IMG/VR virus record: IMGVR_UViG_3300022752_000052 | Coordinates: 1 to 64,000 of that record | Direction: 5' to 3' (one strand) | Origin: an uncultured virus (IMG/VR IMGVR_UViG_3300022752_000052) | Taxonomy: Duplodnaviria; Heunggongvirae; Uroviricota; Caudoviricetes | DNA: 64,000 bases | In this document: one piece after another, positions 47,001 through 56,988 of the stretch | Numbering within the stretch: position 1 is the first letter of the stretch | How the letters are laid out: the number at the start of each line of letters is the position of its first letter | Translations under genes and position numbers: made by a program | Notes under the pieces: generated by a model | Told to the model about the DNA's origin: nothing | Databases searched by the model: none | The model's input: only the letters and a program-made list of their open reading frames with translations

Positions 47001-48263
47001 TCACTCTAATAAACAAGAATTTTTCCCTGTTTGTTGAATTAATTCCCAATATTTTTTATTGGCGCTATCTTGTATATAAACATCAGGTTCATTATAAGGT
47101 AATCTATTCATGTAAGCTCCTTTAAAAAAATATCCCTGATTTCCGGAAGTTACTCCTGCGTTATGGTAAATATTGTATCTGTACCAATCGTTCTCGGAAT
47201 CTGTAGACCAAGAGAATCCTAAATTACCATGAACTATTGTGTTTTTACCTAAATTCCATGCAGTGAAAAGAATAGCCCACATATCAGCGCACCAAATTTG
47301 CAGTTCCATGTAATTCGAATCATCTTGTTTTTTTACGTTATTTATTTGCGTAATATCAGTGTATAGTTTTTCGCACTGTTCTTCCACAGATAACCAGAAG
47401 AAAGGGCTAACATCTTTCATTATATATTGAGCTCCTATATTATTTTCGTTATTTTGTTGTACTATGCTTTTGGGTATTCCACTAATATTGCACATAGCAT
47501 TTAAAATGTCTTGTCCTTTACTTTCTATATAATCGGAAGAAAGATACGAATTGCAATTAGAGCCATACCAGTTATTGTCTTTTAATAAATCTGTAGTAAG
47601 CCACTCATTAATAGGCCTAGTAAAAGCAATATCACAATCATGGTAGAATATAATATCATCTTTTAAGCTAGGATTCCTTAGCCAGTGTTGTTTAAGTATA
47701 TTAGGTCTTATAGAAGATACATAATTTTTAGAAGTTCTAGTATCCAAGTAGAAAAAGAATTTAACATGTCTATACCTCATCAACAGTTTAAACCATTCAG
47801 TAGGGATTGTCTCAGTTTCATCTAAAGCACATACAATATTTATAGAAGCGGGATTAACACCCATTGATAGGAAATTATTAATCATTACTTCAACTTGCCA
47901 TGCATAATATAGAGTGGCCGGCTGTGCGCAAACAAATTGAACAGTTTTATCTTCAGTTTGTATGGGTTCGGGCATAACTGGATTTGTATTATATGTAGGA
48001 ATTTCAGCTGCTAATGCCTGTATTTCATCTGACATAGCTTTATCTACCTCCGCCCATTTTCCTTCCGGGCAAGCATTTTCTACCGGTGAATATATCTTAC
48101 CTTTAAGTAAGCATCCGCAAACACCACAATGAACCGTAGGAGATGTTTTCTTATGTTCACAGGCATCACAAATTTGAATTCTAGCTTCAGCTAATTTACT
48201 TTGTTTTTCATTTGGGTTTATAGCTATACCCCAAGACTTTAAAATTTCTACTAATTTATTCAT
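47001..48263 (-). CDS. Cys-rich N-domain fused to HPAT/SERGT-like glycosyltransferase
   Basis: RIQICDAC...CGVCGC.LK.K...CPEGKW, then YYAWQ, SIRP, HDCD, WCADMWA. Confidence 0.6.
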   Translation of the reverse strand: MNKLVEILKSWGIAINPNEKQSKLAEARIQICDACEHKKTSPTVHCGVCGCLLKGKIYSPVENACPEGKWAEVDKAMSDEIQALAAEIPTYNTNPVMPEPIQTEDKTVQFVCAQPATLYYAWQVEVMINNFLSMGVNPASINIVCALDETETIPTEWFKLLMRYRHVKFFFYLDTRTSKNYVSSIRPNILKQHWLRNPSLKDDIIFYHDCDIAFTRPINEWLTTDLLKDNNWYGSNCNSYLSSDYIESKGQDILNAMCNISGIPKSIVQQNNENNIGAQYIMKDVSPFFWLSVEEQCEKLYTDITQINNVKKQDDSNYMELQIWCADMWAILFTAWNLGKNTIVHGNLGFSWSTDSENDWYRYNIYHNAGVTSGNQGYFFKGAYMNRLPYNEPDVYIQDSANKKYWELIQQTGKNSCLLE

Positions 48264-48274
48264 GACTATTATTA

Positions 48275-49312
48275 CTAGTATTTAGTTACTCCGTTTAAAC
48301 TTGCTAAAATGTTATAAAAATTCAATACAAAATTCTGCGGGGAATACATATCAATCAACATATTCCTCACATTGTTATTAATATCTTTAACATCATTATT
48401 GTTCAATGACAATACAACATCAATAAGATCATTTAAATCATCCCAATTATTATTACATGCAAAATAAGTCTCCCTGTCTATATACGGATTAGGATTAGTT
48501 ATTACATTATTCATAAAAGGCTTAATCATTATACATCCAGAATTCCATATCTCAAAATCCCTAAAACATATCTCCCCCATACCAAAAGGAGATATAGCAC
48601 ATTTACTTCTCATCAATGCTATGTTATAATCCTCAGGAGAAAGCCTGCCAGAAACGATATTATAGGTATCATCCAATCTATCCAATGTATCCAAGCTCCG
48701 CTTTCTATGTCTGCTATAATATAAATCGTTGCGAATTCCAAAGTCATAATTCTCCTTATGATCCGCTTGATAAACTGCAAATATATCATGTTCCTTTTTT
48801 ACTTCATGATTCGCGAATTGCATATAATGTGGATGATAGTACCCGAGATTATAACCAGATAAAACAATGTCATCATATCTTTTTACATCATAGGAAATCT
48901 TATCCTCCCGGCCGGCATACATGTTCCACCATTCCTTACCCAATGGAGATGGAATGCTATATACATCTTTACTATATATTTGATTCTTTATTAATTTTTC
49001 TGCATTGCTATTTTCAAATACATCATAAGATCCTAAAATAGATGGAGAATCAGAACCATCATATAGCATGAATCTTCCATCTATCTCATGTAATCTCTCT
49101 AATCCATAATTAATAGACTCCTGTAAAGACTTCGCCCGCCGGTTAATAAAACATTCATCTCCTAAAATGCTTATATCCCAACTGTCTACCATATCCCCAG
49201 CAATAATAAAATCTATTCCTACATCTTTGAACAAATCTTTATACATCAAAAATCCTCTATATGTAGCCTTATTTCTACCCCTATCAACATCAACTAATCT
49301 AATACGTAACAT
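48275..49312 (-). CDS. GT-B glycosyltransferase (putative)
   Basis: SKCAISPFGMGEICFRDFE...G. Confidence 0.75.
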   Translation of the reverse strand: MLRIRLVDVDRGRNKATYRGFLMYKDLFKDVGIDFIIAGDMVDSWDISILGDECFINRRAKSLQESINYGLERLHEIDGRFMLYDGSDSPSILGSYDVFENSNAEKLIKNQIYSKDVYSIPSPLGKEWWNMYAGREDKISYDVKRYDDIVLSGYNLGYYHPHYMQFANHEVKKEHDIFAVYQADHKENYDFGIRNDLYYSRHRKRSLDTLDRLDDTYNIVSGRLSPEDYNIALMRSKCAISPFGMGEICFRDFEIWNSGCIMIKPFMNNVITNPNPYIDRETYFACNNNWDDLNDLIDVVLSLNNNDVKDINNNVRNMLIDMYSPQNFVLNFYNILASLNGVTKY

Positions 49313-49338
49313 AAGTTCAACATTTAGGAATAATCATA

Positions 49339-50109
49339 TTATAATTTAGAATACATTTCATTTTGACTTATCTGCTTATTAATACTCTTAACATGCAATA
49401 AACACCAATTCCATTCATCAGGTATAGCAGCATAATGTGAATATCCTGTAATTACTTCATGTACCTTATTCTTAAATCTAATCTTATCTAAATTCCTATA
49501 TATCCTCGTTTGATAATCCGGAAAATTAATAATAGGCTTATAATAAACAACAGACCTTATATCTTTACTACTATTAATGTTATACTCCTCCTTAATCAAA
49601 TTATTAATCTCAAGCAATTTATATAAATCAGAATAAATACTTATAGGCTCTAAAGTAGATTGAATAGCTATATCTTGTTTGCTGATTTTCCAATTCCAAT
49701 GATTAATCCATTCTTGTGTAATGTTTTCTACAATGTTAACTCTAGGAACGGCAATCATTTCCATGTCTGCATTAATTTCCAACAATGTTTTTAAATTATA
49801 CAACAAAAAATCATTCAATAACTCATCTGCATCAATTTGAAAAATCCATTCTCCTCTTGCATGCTTAAACAAATTATTTTTAAATGTTGCAAAATCTCCG
49901 TTCAATGGAAAATTAACATGATTTATATGTTCTGATATAGGATGATTCTTAATTACATCCAAAACATCATTAGTTACCCTGGAGGAGTCCGTCTGCACAA
50001 TAATTTCCGTATCTACTGCAATAACTCCCTCCAATAAAGAAAGTAAGACAAATAACTCATCTTTCTCATCACAGGCAGTAACACAATATGAAAGGTAAAT
50101 GTTATCCAA
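49339..50109 (-). CDS. Glycosyltransferase family 2
   Basis: F...KN, WIFQIDADE, PDYQTRIYRN, VHE. Confidence 0.85.
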   Translation of the reverse strand: MDNIYLSYCVTACDEKDELFVLLSLLEGVIAVDTEIIVQTDSSRVTNDVLDVIKNHPISEHINHVNFPLNGDFATFKNNLFKHARGEWIFQIDADELLNDFLLYNLKTLLEINADMEMIAVPRVNIVENITQEWINHWNWKISKQDIAIQSTLEPISIYSDLYKLLEINNLIKEEYNINSSKDIRSVVYYKPIINFPDYQTRIYRNLDKIRFKNKVHEVITGYSHYAAIPDEWNWCLLHVKSINKQISQNEMYSKL

Positions 50110-50569
50110 TTTCTTTATGTTTTGGTAAATTTAATTCATATAATTTTTCAAAAGCATTAGAAAAAGCATCCGCATTAAATTCAATACAATTATCTACATC
50201 AACTTTTCTCCTTATTATAGCATTAGGGTAATTCTTAACATCATCATCCGTAAAATCAATAATCTCACATACCTTCCAAACCATCCTCTTAGTATCCCCT
50301 TCGTCCGGAAAAATTACCGCCTTGTCTAAAGAAAATACAAAAGGATACCATACCAAGTTTTCTACATCAACGTGTCTTTTATCTATACAAATTCGGGGCA
50401 GCGTCGACTCATACTGAATCTGGGCGTCGGAGCCTAGAACTAGGCTCGAGTCTGTATAGTAGCCGCTGCCCATGCAAAGTTTTGTCAGCAATCCAGTATC
50501 TGTAAGTTCTACAATTACTTCTTGTTGTCCGGTTATAGGAGATAGTTCCTCGAAAGTTACATCAATCAT
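50102..50569 (-). CDS. Hypothetical protein
   Basis: 155 aa in operon. Confidence 0.75.
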   Translation of the reverse strand: MIDVTFEELSPITGQQEVIVELTDTGLLTKLCMGSGYYTDSSLVLGSDAQIQYESTLPRICIDKRHVDVENLVWYPFVFSLDKAVIFPDEGDTKRMVWKVCEIIDFTDDDVKNYPNAIIRRKVDVDNCIEFNADAFSNAFEKLYELNLPKHKEIG

Positions 50570-51846
50570 TCTACTAGTTTTAGTTTTGGTAAATTAAGTT
50601 TATTTATCTTAGGTTGGTTTTGAATTTCAATTGAATCCAGAATTCCTTCTAATTTATCGACCATTTTCTCAAAAGTAAAATGAGCTAACGTATGAAGTCT
50701 TTGTTTTTCCGCGTTTTCTTTATGCTTATTATATCTAGTAAAAACATCTGCAATAACTCCAGCAGAATACATATAATCGACTGTAAACCATTTAGATTCC
50801 TGTATAAACCAATCATTTAGAACTGATTTATCCACGGGCTCTAGTCGGCCGGGAAGCAGAGAACAGTATTTTGGATTTAAGAAATCAGTATGTCCAGACC
50901 AATTAGATGCTATGATAGGCTTCCCAGTTACGGAAAATTCAGCTAGAGGTCTTCCATACCCCTCTCCTTTTGTAAAGGAAATCATAGCTTTTACTTTTGG
51001 GTCGTTGTATAAATTATTCATTTCTCCATCTGTCAAATCTCCATGTAGGACATAAATGTTTGGACCAGACTCTCCGTCTAAAATAGACCTAATTTTTGAT
51101 TGAATTTCATTTAAATCACCTACTGAATACTTACCTCCACTTGTTTTTAAAATTAATGCCGGTCTATTTTTGGCTGGCATTCTTTTAAATGTATCAAAAA
51201 ATACTCTTATCATAGCTCCTACATTCTTTCTATCATTACCGAAAGAACCTTGCAACCAATGTCCAACAAATAGGAAACAGAAATCTTCTTTAACATGCTC
51301 TAGAATGTTCATATTTTCATCAGGATGCATTTTGTTGGTGTAAACTGTTGTGTCCACACCCTCAAATAAAATCTCTTTTCTAAGGCTATCTCTGAGCTTT
51401 AGAGTGCCTTCTAATTGATTTGTATGTTTATTTACTTTATCAAATACAGAATCATTTATAACATCAAGAGAATGTTTGGATGTTGTCAATAGCATATCCA
51501 TATTGTTACATCCCTCAATCCATTTAGGAGAACACATATCTGTTTCTATCCCAGCAGTGAAACCTATGTTATATTTACCGCATTTGACAAATTCATTAGG
51601 TATTGTCAACTGAATAAAAATATCATCATTAGCATCCGTTTTTGGTACGATTCTTTTTATAATTTCTGCATCAGAAGGGTTGTTTTTATCTAATCCATTA
51701 GTAGGAGTATTTCCCCATGCCGTAGAAACTATTTTTAAATCATATTTATCCTTTAATGATATCAATGCCCATGCTATGTCTCTGCCGTGTGCCCCATATC
51801 CGGAAGCCGTATATACTGGTGCGACTAAAGTAACTTTCTTTTTCAT
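50566..51846 (-). CDS. Glycosyltransferase family 4
   Basis: SGYG, RKN, KGEGYGRPLAE, SGHTDF. Confidence 0.88.
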   Translation of the reverse strand: MKKKVTLVAPVYTASGYGAHGRDIAWALISLKDKYDLKIVSTAWGNTPTNGLDKNNPSDAEIIKRIVPKTDANDDIFIQLTIPNEFVKCGKYNIGFTAGIETDMCSPKWIEGCNNMDMLLTTSKHSLDVINDSVFDKVNKHTNQLEGTLKLRDSLRKEILFEGVDTTVYTNKMHPDENMNILEHVKEDFCFLFVGHWLQGSFGNDRKNVGAMIRVFFDTFKRMPAKNRPALILKTSGGKYSVGDLNEIQSKIRSILDGESGPNIYVLHGDLTDGEMNNLYNDPKVKAMISFTKGEGYGRPLAEFSVTGKPIIASNWSGHTDFLNPKYCSLLPGRLEPVDKSVLNDWFIQESKWFTVDYMYSAGVIADVFTRYNKHKENAEKQRLHTLAHFTFEKMVDKLEGILDSIEIQNQPKINKLNLPKLKLVE

Positions 51847-53339
51847 AGAATTCCTATTGCTTTATTAGTTTTTTCTGGTTTTATTTCATGTAGTGAATAT
51901 CTAGATCTCGGCTTCCAATTATCAAGAGCTAAATTGATATTTTTTATAAATCTATTACACATTTCTTCTGCTGACATTCCTACTTTCGGATCAAGAGCAT
52001 AAGCCGTTCCTTTGCTCCCTAATGCTTTTCTTTCTTCTCTAGGAATTTTGTACCAATAAAATATAGCCTCGGCCACTTCCTCAAAGGATACTCTGTCATC
52101 AAAAATATAGGGAGTTGCCGGTGAACCTTGTAGAGATCTATTGTTAGGAAATACTGGAAATGCCCATTCGCCATGCTTTCTAAAGGTTCCTGCGTGATTA
52201 GTAGGGAAATCTTTTGTAAATGTTATGTACTTTCCTTTATTGTCTACGAAACCACACTGGTCTTGTAATCCTCCTGTTACATTATTTATAATAGGAGTGC
52301 CGGCCATTAGTGCTTCAGCTCCTGAAAGACCGAATCCTTCATTAGATGCAATATTTAAAACAACATCCGCAAAATTATACCAAAAATTTAGTGTCTTTGT
52401 ATCTATTTTTTTATCAGAAAAAATGACTTTTCCTTTTGGGTTTAAAGCTTTTACCGTTGCAATTAAGTCTGTACCATTTCCATCGATAGGGTCTGTATGC
52501 ATGACTAAAATACATCTACTAGCTTTATCATCATCTTTTAGATATTCGCAAAATCTAGTAAAAGCTAGAATAACATCCCCCGGTTGTTTTCTTCTTATAT
52601 TTCTATTATTCCAAAAAATTAAAAAATCAGTAGGCGTTTCTTTTTTAAAATCAGATATATAAGCATTGTATTCATCATATACTTTGCTACTTGGAAGAAT
52701 CTTATATATGTGTTTATTATTTATTCCATGAGGAATGTAAGCAGTGTAAGTTGTATCTATATCAAAAGATTTTGGTTCGCCAGAATCTAAATCATAATAT
52801 TTATATTCATTTTCTTCTAATACTACATTAACTAAATTATGAGTTTGCTTTGATATATTAAATATGAAATCACATGAAGCATAAAATTCAGAATTCCAAT
52901 GTGGATATGGCAAATCGTCCCATATATTATAATACATAATAGGAATAGATGTTCTAATTTCTCTCTCCATATCATATAACCATTCCCAAAATCTTGGGTC
53001 CGTAAAATGTAAAATCGCATCAGGCGACTCTCTAGTTATTATTTCTCTTAATTTGTGTGGATCTCCGTACCCATTATTAGGGTATATAAGCACGCTAGCG
53101 TCATCTATTCCTATTTCTTTGTTGACATCATCTGAAACATCAATAATTTTACCGGCATCAGGATTTTTTATAGCAGCTCCAATTTGAACCCAATCAAAAT
53201 ATTTAGCTGTACCTACTACAATTTCCCTAGACATTACTCCAATACCTGAGTTTAATCTTAAATCATCCGACAGGAGTAGAATTTTTTTCTTTTTAGGACG
53301 ATTAGTTATTTTCTTTAGTTTTGGTAATTCAAAATTCAT
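51843..53339 (-). CDS. Glycosyltransferase family 4
   Basis: NRNIRRK, NEGFGLSGAEALMAGTP. Confidence 0.88.
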   Translation of the reverse strand: MNFELPKLKKITNRPKKKKILLLSDDLRLNSGIGVMSREIVVGTAKYFDWVQIGAAIKNPDAGKIIDVSDDVNKEIGIDDASVLIYPNNGYGDPHKLREIITRESPDAILHFTDPRFWEWLYDMEREIRTSIPIMYYNIWDDLPYPHWNSEFYASCDFIFNISKQTHNLVNVVLEENEYKYYDLDSGEPKSFDIDTTYTAYIPHGINNKHIYKILPSSKVYDEYNAYISDFKKETPTDFLIFWNNRNIRRKQPGDVILAFTRFCEYLKDDDKASRCILVMHTDPIDGNGTDLIATVKALNPKGKVIFSDKKIDTKTLNFWYNFADVVLNIASNEGFGLSGAEALMAGTPIINNVTGGLQDQCGFVDNKGKYITFTKDFPTNHAGTFRKHGEWAFPVFPNNRSLQGSPATPYIFDDRVSFEEVAEAIFYWYKIPREERKALGSKGTAYALDPKVGMSAEEMCNRFIKNINLALDNWKPRSRYSLHEIKPEKTNKAIGIL

Positions 53340-53345
53340 AATATA

Positions 53346-54311
53346 TTATTTGTTTATATAATCTCTAGCTTCTTCTGGACATAAATCAAACCTATTTTTA
53401 AATTCACAGTAATTGCAATTAAAGCAATTATTTCCTGTTAAAGCGGGATATAGGATATCTTGTCTAGCATTTCCTTGCTTATCAAAAACTTTTTTTATGA
53501 ATGTTTTAAATTCGATTATAGAATTTTCTACAGACTTTTTTGACTGTGCAGGTTTAAATATCTGAACCCTGCTTACAGGGAAATCGTATCCATCTGTTAT
53601 TCTTCTCACTATAGTAAATCTACAATCCACATCTTTTATCTCGAGTCCTAAACTCTTGGCTAAAAAATTTTTATATAATAGTATTTGAGATATTTTTATT
53701 TTATCTTTTTTTGAATAGGAGCTCCATCCTTTTCCTGAAGTTTTTATATCGTCTATTACTAATTTATTATTTTCTTTGTCATAAAAAAGTAAATCAATAA
53801 ACAAAATAAAATAAAGAGGCTCCTCAGAATCTATTATTTTTATCATCAGAGGAACCTCTACTCCCAAAAGAGACCAATTATCTCTATTGTAATATAAATT
53901 ATGACTACTTCTTATATGATTTAAAATACTAACTCCTTGCTCCCAAAATTCCGTCAGTTCTAGGCTAGTAGAAAAATGCTTGCCATAATTAGTAAAATCT
54001 TTTTTATATACTTCTTTTATTCTATTTTTTAATTCTATACTAAAATCAATTTCATTTTTATTTTTAAATTTATTATCATGATTTTCGATTAAATATTCCT
54101 GTAAAACTTCGTGGAAAGCAGTCCCAAAAGTCATGTGTATAGAAGGAGGTCTAGTACCTAGCTTTAATACATAACTCAAAAACCATTTTTTAGGACACTG
54201 ACTGTACATAGAAAATTGAGAAAATGAAACATGTTTATGAGGTATTTCTTTTACTTTATTAGCAAAATCAATAGACTCCTGTAATTTTATCTTTACTTGT
54301 TCCAAAACCAT
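53346..54311 (-). CDS. PD-(D/E)XK nuclease (RecB/Cas4-like)
   Basis: SFSQ..Y.QCP, FGTAFHE, FIDL, IDDIKT, Q..LY, C..C...C. Confidence 0.85.
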   Translation of the reverse strand: MVLEQVKIKLQESIDFANKVKEIPHKHVSFSQFSMYSQCPKKWFLSYVLKLGTRPPSIHMTFGTAFHEVLQEYLIENHDNKFKNKNEIDFSIELKNRIKEVYKKDFTNYGKHFSTSLELTEFWEQGVSILNHIRSSHNLYYNRDNWSLLGVEVPLMIKIIDSEEPLYFILFIDLLFYDKENNKLVIDDIKTSGKGWSSYSKKDKIKISQILLYKNFLAKSLGLEIKDVDCRFTIVRRITDGYDFPVSRVQIFKPAQSKKSVENSIIEFKTFIKKVFDKQGNARQDILYPALTGNNCFNCNYCEFKNRFDLCPEEARDYINK

Positions 54312-54322
54312 TTATTGATGAA

Positions 54323-54544
54323 TTAAGATAATTTTTCCATGTCTATAGGATTTCCGCAAGAATCGCATATGAAAACAGGAATAGTTACTATTTTATCTTT
54401 TGTGGTTCCGGTGTATAATTTGCTAATTTTTTTAAGCATTATAACTTGTTTAAAATATTCTGATTCGCAAGAATTACAACAAATTCCATCTAATTGATCT
54501 GAAGTTATTTGTAATTTTGGAGGTTCTATAGGAGGTATATTCAT
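54323..54544 (-). CDS. Zinc-ribbon protein
   Basis: CNSC and CDSCG. Confidence 0.75.
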   Translation of the reverse strand: MNIPPIEPPKLQITSDQLDGICCNSCESEYFKQVIMLKKISKLYTGTTKDKIVTIPVFICDSCGNPIDMEKLS

Positions 54545-54619
54545 ATATTATTTTTAGTAAAAAAACAAAGAAAATTATAAAAAGTTTTATTCTACTATAA
54601 ATAGTTATATATTAATTAT

Positions 54620-56977
54620 TTAATGTCCTTCTTGCCAATTTTTAGATATTTCTGGAGGGGCTTTTAGCGCAATGCTTAATTTTGTTGAGTTCTCCATTAT
54701 GTCTTGAACAATATTTAGCGCATCCTCTTTTCTATTTTCCTCAACTTTAAAAATTAATTGGTCGTGAATTTGAGCTACTACTAGTCCTTTTATTCCTCTT
54801 TTTATAAACTCTCTATTTATAAAAAGAGCTGATTTATTGACAATATGAGCTGCCATGGATTGTATTTGAATATTTTTAGCATTATTTAAACCATTCTTAT
54901 AATCTCTATACATATCAAGAACTTCTTTTTCTCCATACTCTCTTTTTAAACTTTCCCTAAAGTCATAGTCTAAAAGTTTATCCTGGTATTTTTTATAATA
55001 AAATTTAACTTTAGGCAAATGTCTTATTCTACCAGATTGGCATTTTATAAATCCGTTATTTTTTACAAAATCTTCACTCTCAATCATCCATTTTTTTAAT
55101 TCAGGATATGCATTTAAATATCCATCAATTAATATCTTGGCTTCTTTTACAGAAACATCAATTGTTTTACTTAAAGCATAGGCGGACATACCATAAGGAA
55201 TACCTAAAGAATAACTTTTTGCTTTATTCCTAATAGTTTTATTGGCCTTTTTTAGGAAATTACTATCCTCCGGATCAGCAGAGTATTGAGTTAGTTTTTC
55301 CGTATCTATAGCAATACGAGAATAAAAATCCCAATTTTTCCTAAATATTTCTCGCAACCCTTCGTCTCCGCTTATATGAGCAAATATATGAGGTTCTAGA
55401 CTTACATAATCACAGTCAATAAAAACAGTATTTTTGTCACATATAAAAAATGTTCTAATCATATTAGTATATTTATATACTCTAGGGTCTACCCCTTGAT
55501 TAGATTCAAATGGTCTTGGAAGTTGCTGAGCGTCACTGCTATATCTCCCCGAAACTGTACCATGTTGCTGATAGTAAAAGTAATATCGGTCATTTTCACA
55601 GTTATCTAAGAATCTATCCATATAAGCTGATTTTAACTTTGTCAGCTTATTATAGGTAGTTAACTTTTTACTCCACTCATATTTATCTTCAAGTGTCTCT
55701 AAAAAACTTTCGTTAAATTGAGGTGCTCCTTTATCTGTATAAGTTATGGGTTTTTCTTTAAGAAAGTCAAAAACAAAAGAGCCTAATTGCTGCTTAGAAT
55801 TTATATTTATAAGCTCATTATCATTTAATTTTTTCCAAAGATTTACTGCACAAAAAGATAAATTTTTTTTCAATTCATTTGACATTTCATAATTCGTAAA
55901 AGATTCTCCTAAGAGATATTTTTTTATTTCTGAATCAGGTAGAGACAGCACTGATTTTTTAAGTATTTTAATTTCTCCTTTGTCATTTGTAAAATGACTT
56001 ATTAATCCATATAAATTAATTAACTCCATCAGTAAAGGTCCTTTTGAGGGAATCAGGTAGTTTTCTTTTTCTTTAAAACTAGGGTATTTACTAGCAGCTG
56101 TAAAATATACCCATCGTTTAAAATCCGAAGATTGTCTTAAAGATGTATAGACTTCTTGCTTTATTTGATTTATATCATCTAATATATCTTTCTGGGCTTC
56201 TTTTATTTTTTCTATGTCCATCAAAATACCCTCCCTTTCCATGGGAACTGTTACTTCTTTATACAAAGGCATTACTTCTATGTTATAGAAAAAGTCCTCT
56301 AAATCTTCCTCTTTTAAAATTTTAGAAAATAACATAAAAATACGCATAGTTAAATCAGTATCTGCGCAGGCATATTTAGCTAAAATATCTAAATCTGCTT
56401 TATAAATCTCAAAATTATCTTGTGTTATTTGACCTCCATTTCTTTTTACAGATTCTTTCATTAAGATTTGCTCTTCGTTTGCTTCCTTATCTACGTCTAA
56501 AAAAATGTGTTTTTGAACCATCTTGCCTATTGATTTTAAAGCAAAGGGTCTTCCTAGTCCCACAGATCCTTCTTCTCTAGTTGTATGAACTAATAAAATA
56601 GTATCAGCATGTAAAGAAGGTAATAAATCTATTTCATAATTACTTAATACAATAGATGTATCATAAGAAGCATTATGCATTATTAATTTTTTACCTATCA
56701 ATTTCTTAACTAATCCGATAGCTAATTTTATATTATTGTAAGATTCTATAGAAAGATTTAAAAGCTCTTGTTTTTCTACAGACCATTCGTAAGTAGGTAA
56801 ATAATAAGAAAGCCCGGGTTTAAATCCAAAAGATAATCCTACTATTATATCTTTTCTAACATTTAAGCCTGTTGATTCTACGTCAAAGCTTATTATGTCA
56901 TAAGAATCAATCATGTTAGATAATTCCTTTATTTTATCTATAGTATTACAAGTAGTATAATTTTTTGTTATTATCAT
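54620..56977 (-). CDS. polA: DNA polymerase family A with 3'-5' exonuclease
   Basis: FDVESTGL, HNASYD, YACAD, GTVSGRYSS, DYVSLE, R..AK..SLG..YG, IQ, QIHDQ. Confidence 0.93.
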   Translation of the reverse strand: MIITKNYTTCNTIDKIKELSNMIDSYDIISFDVESTGLNVRKDIIVGLSFGFKPGLSYYLPTYEWSVEKQELLNLSIESYNNIKLAIGLVKKLIGKKLIMHNASYDTSIVLSNYEIDLLPSLHADTILLVHTTREEGSVGLGRPFALKSIGKMVQKHIFLDVDKEANEEQILMKESVKRNGGQITQDNFEIYKADLDILAKYACADTDLTMRIFMLFSKILKEEDLEDFFYNIEVMPLYKEVTVPMEREGILMDIEKIKEAQKDILDDINQIKQEVYTSLRQSSDFKRWVYFTAASKYPSFKEKENYLIPSKGPLLMELINLYGLISHFTNDKGEIKILKKSVLSLPDSEIKKYLLGESFTNYEMSNELKKNLSFCAVNLWKKLNDNELININSKQQLGSFVFDFLKEKPITYTDKGAPQFNESFLETLEDKYEWSKKLTTYNKLTKLKSAYMDRFLDNCENDRYYFYYQQHGTVSGRYSSDAQQLPRPFESNQGVDPRVYKYTNMIRTFFICDKNTVFIDCDYVSLEPHIFAHISGDEGLREIFRKNWDFYSRIAIDTEKLTQYSADPEDSNFLKKANKTIRNKAKSYSLGIPYGMSAYALSKTIDVSVKEAKILIDGYLNAYPELKKWMIESEDFVKNNGFIKCQSGRIRHLPKVKFYYKKYQDKLLDYDFRESLKREYGEKEVLDMYRDYKNGLNNAKNIQIQSMAAHIVNKSALFINREFIKRGIKGLVVAQIHDQLIFKVEENRKEDALNIVQDIMENSTKLSIALKAPPEISKNWQEGH

Positions 56978-56988
56978 AACCTATATAA

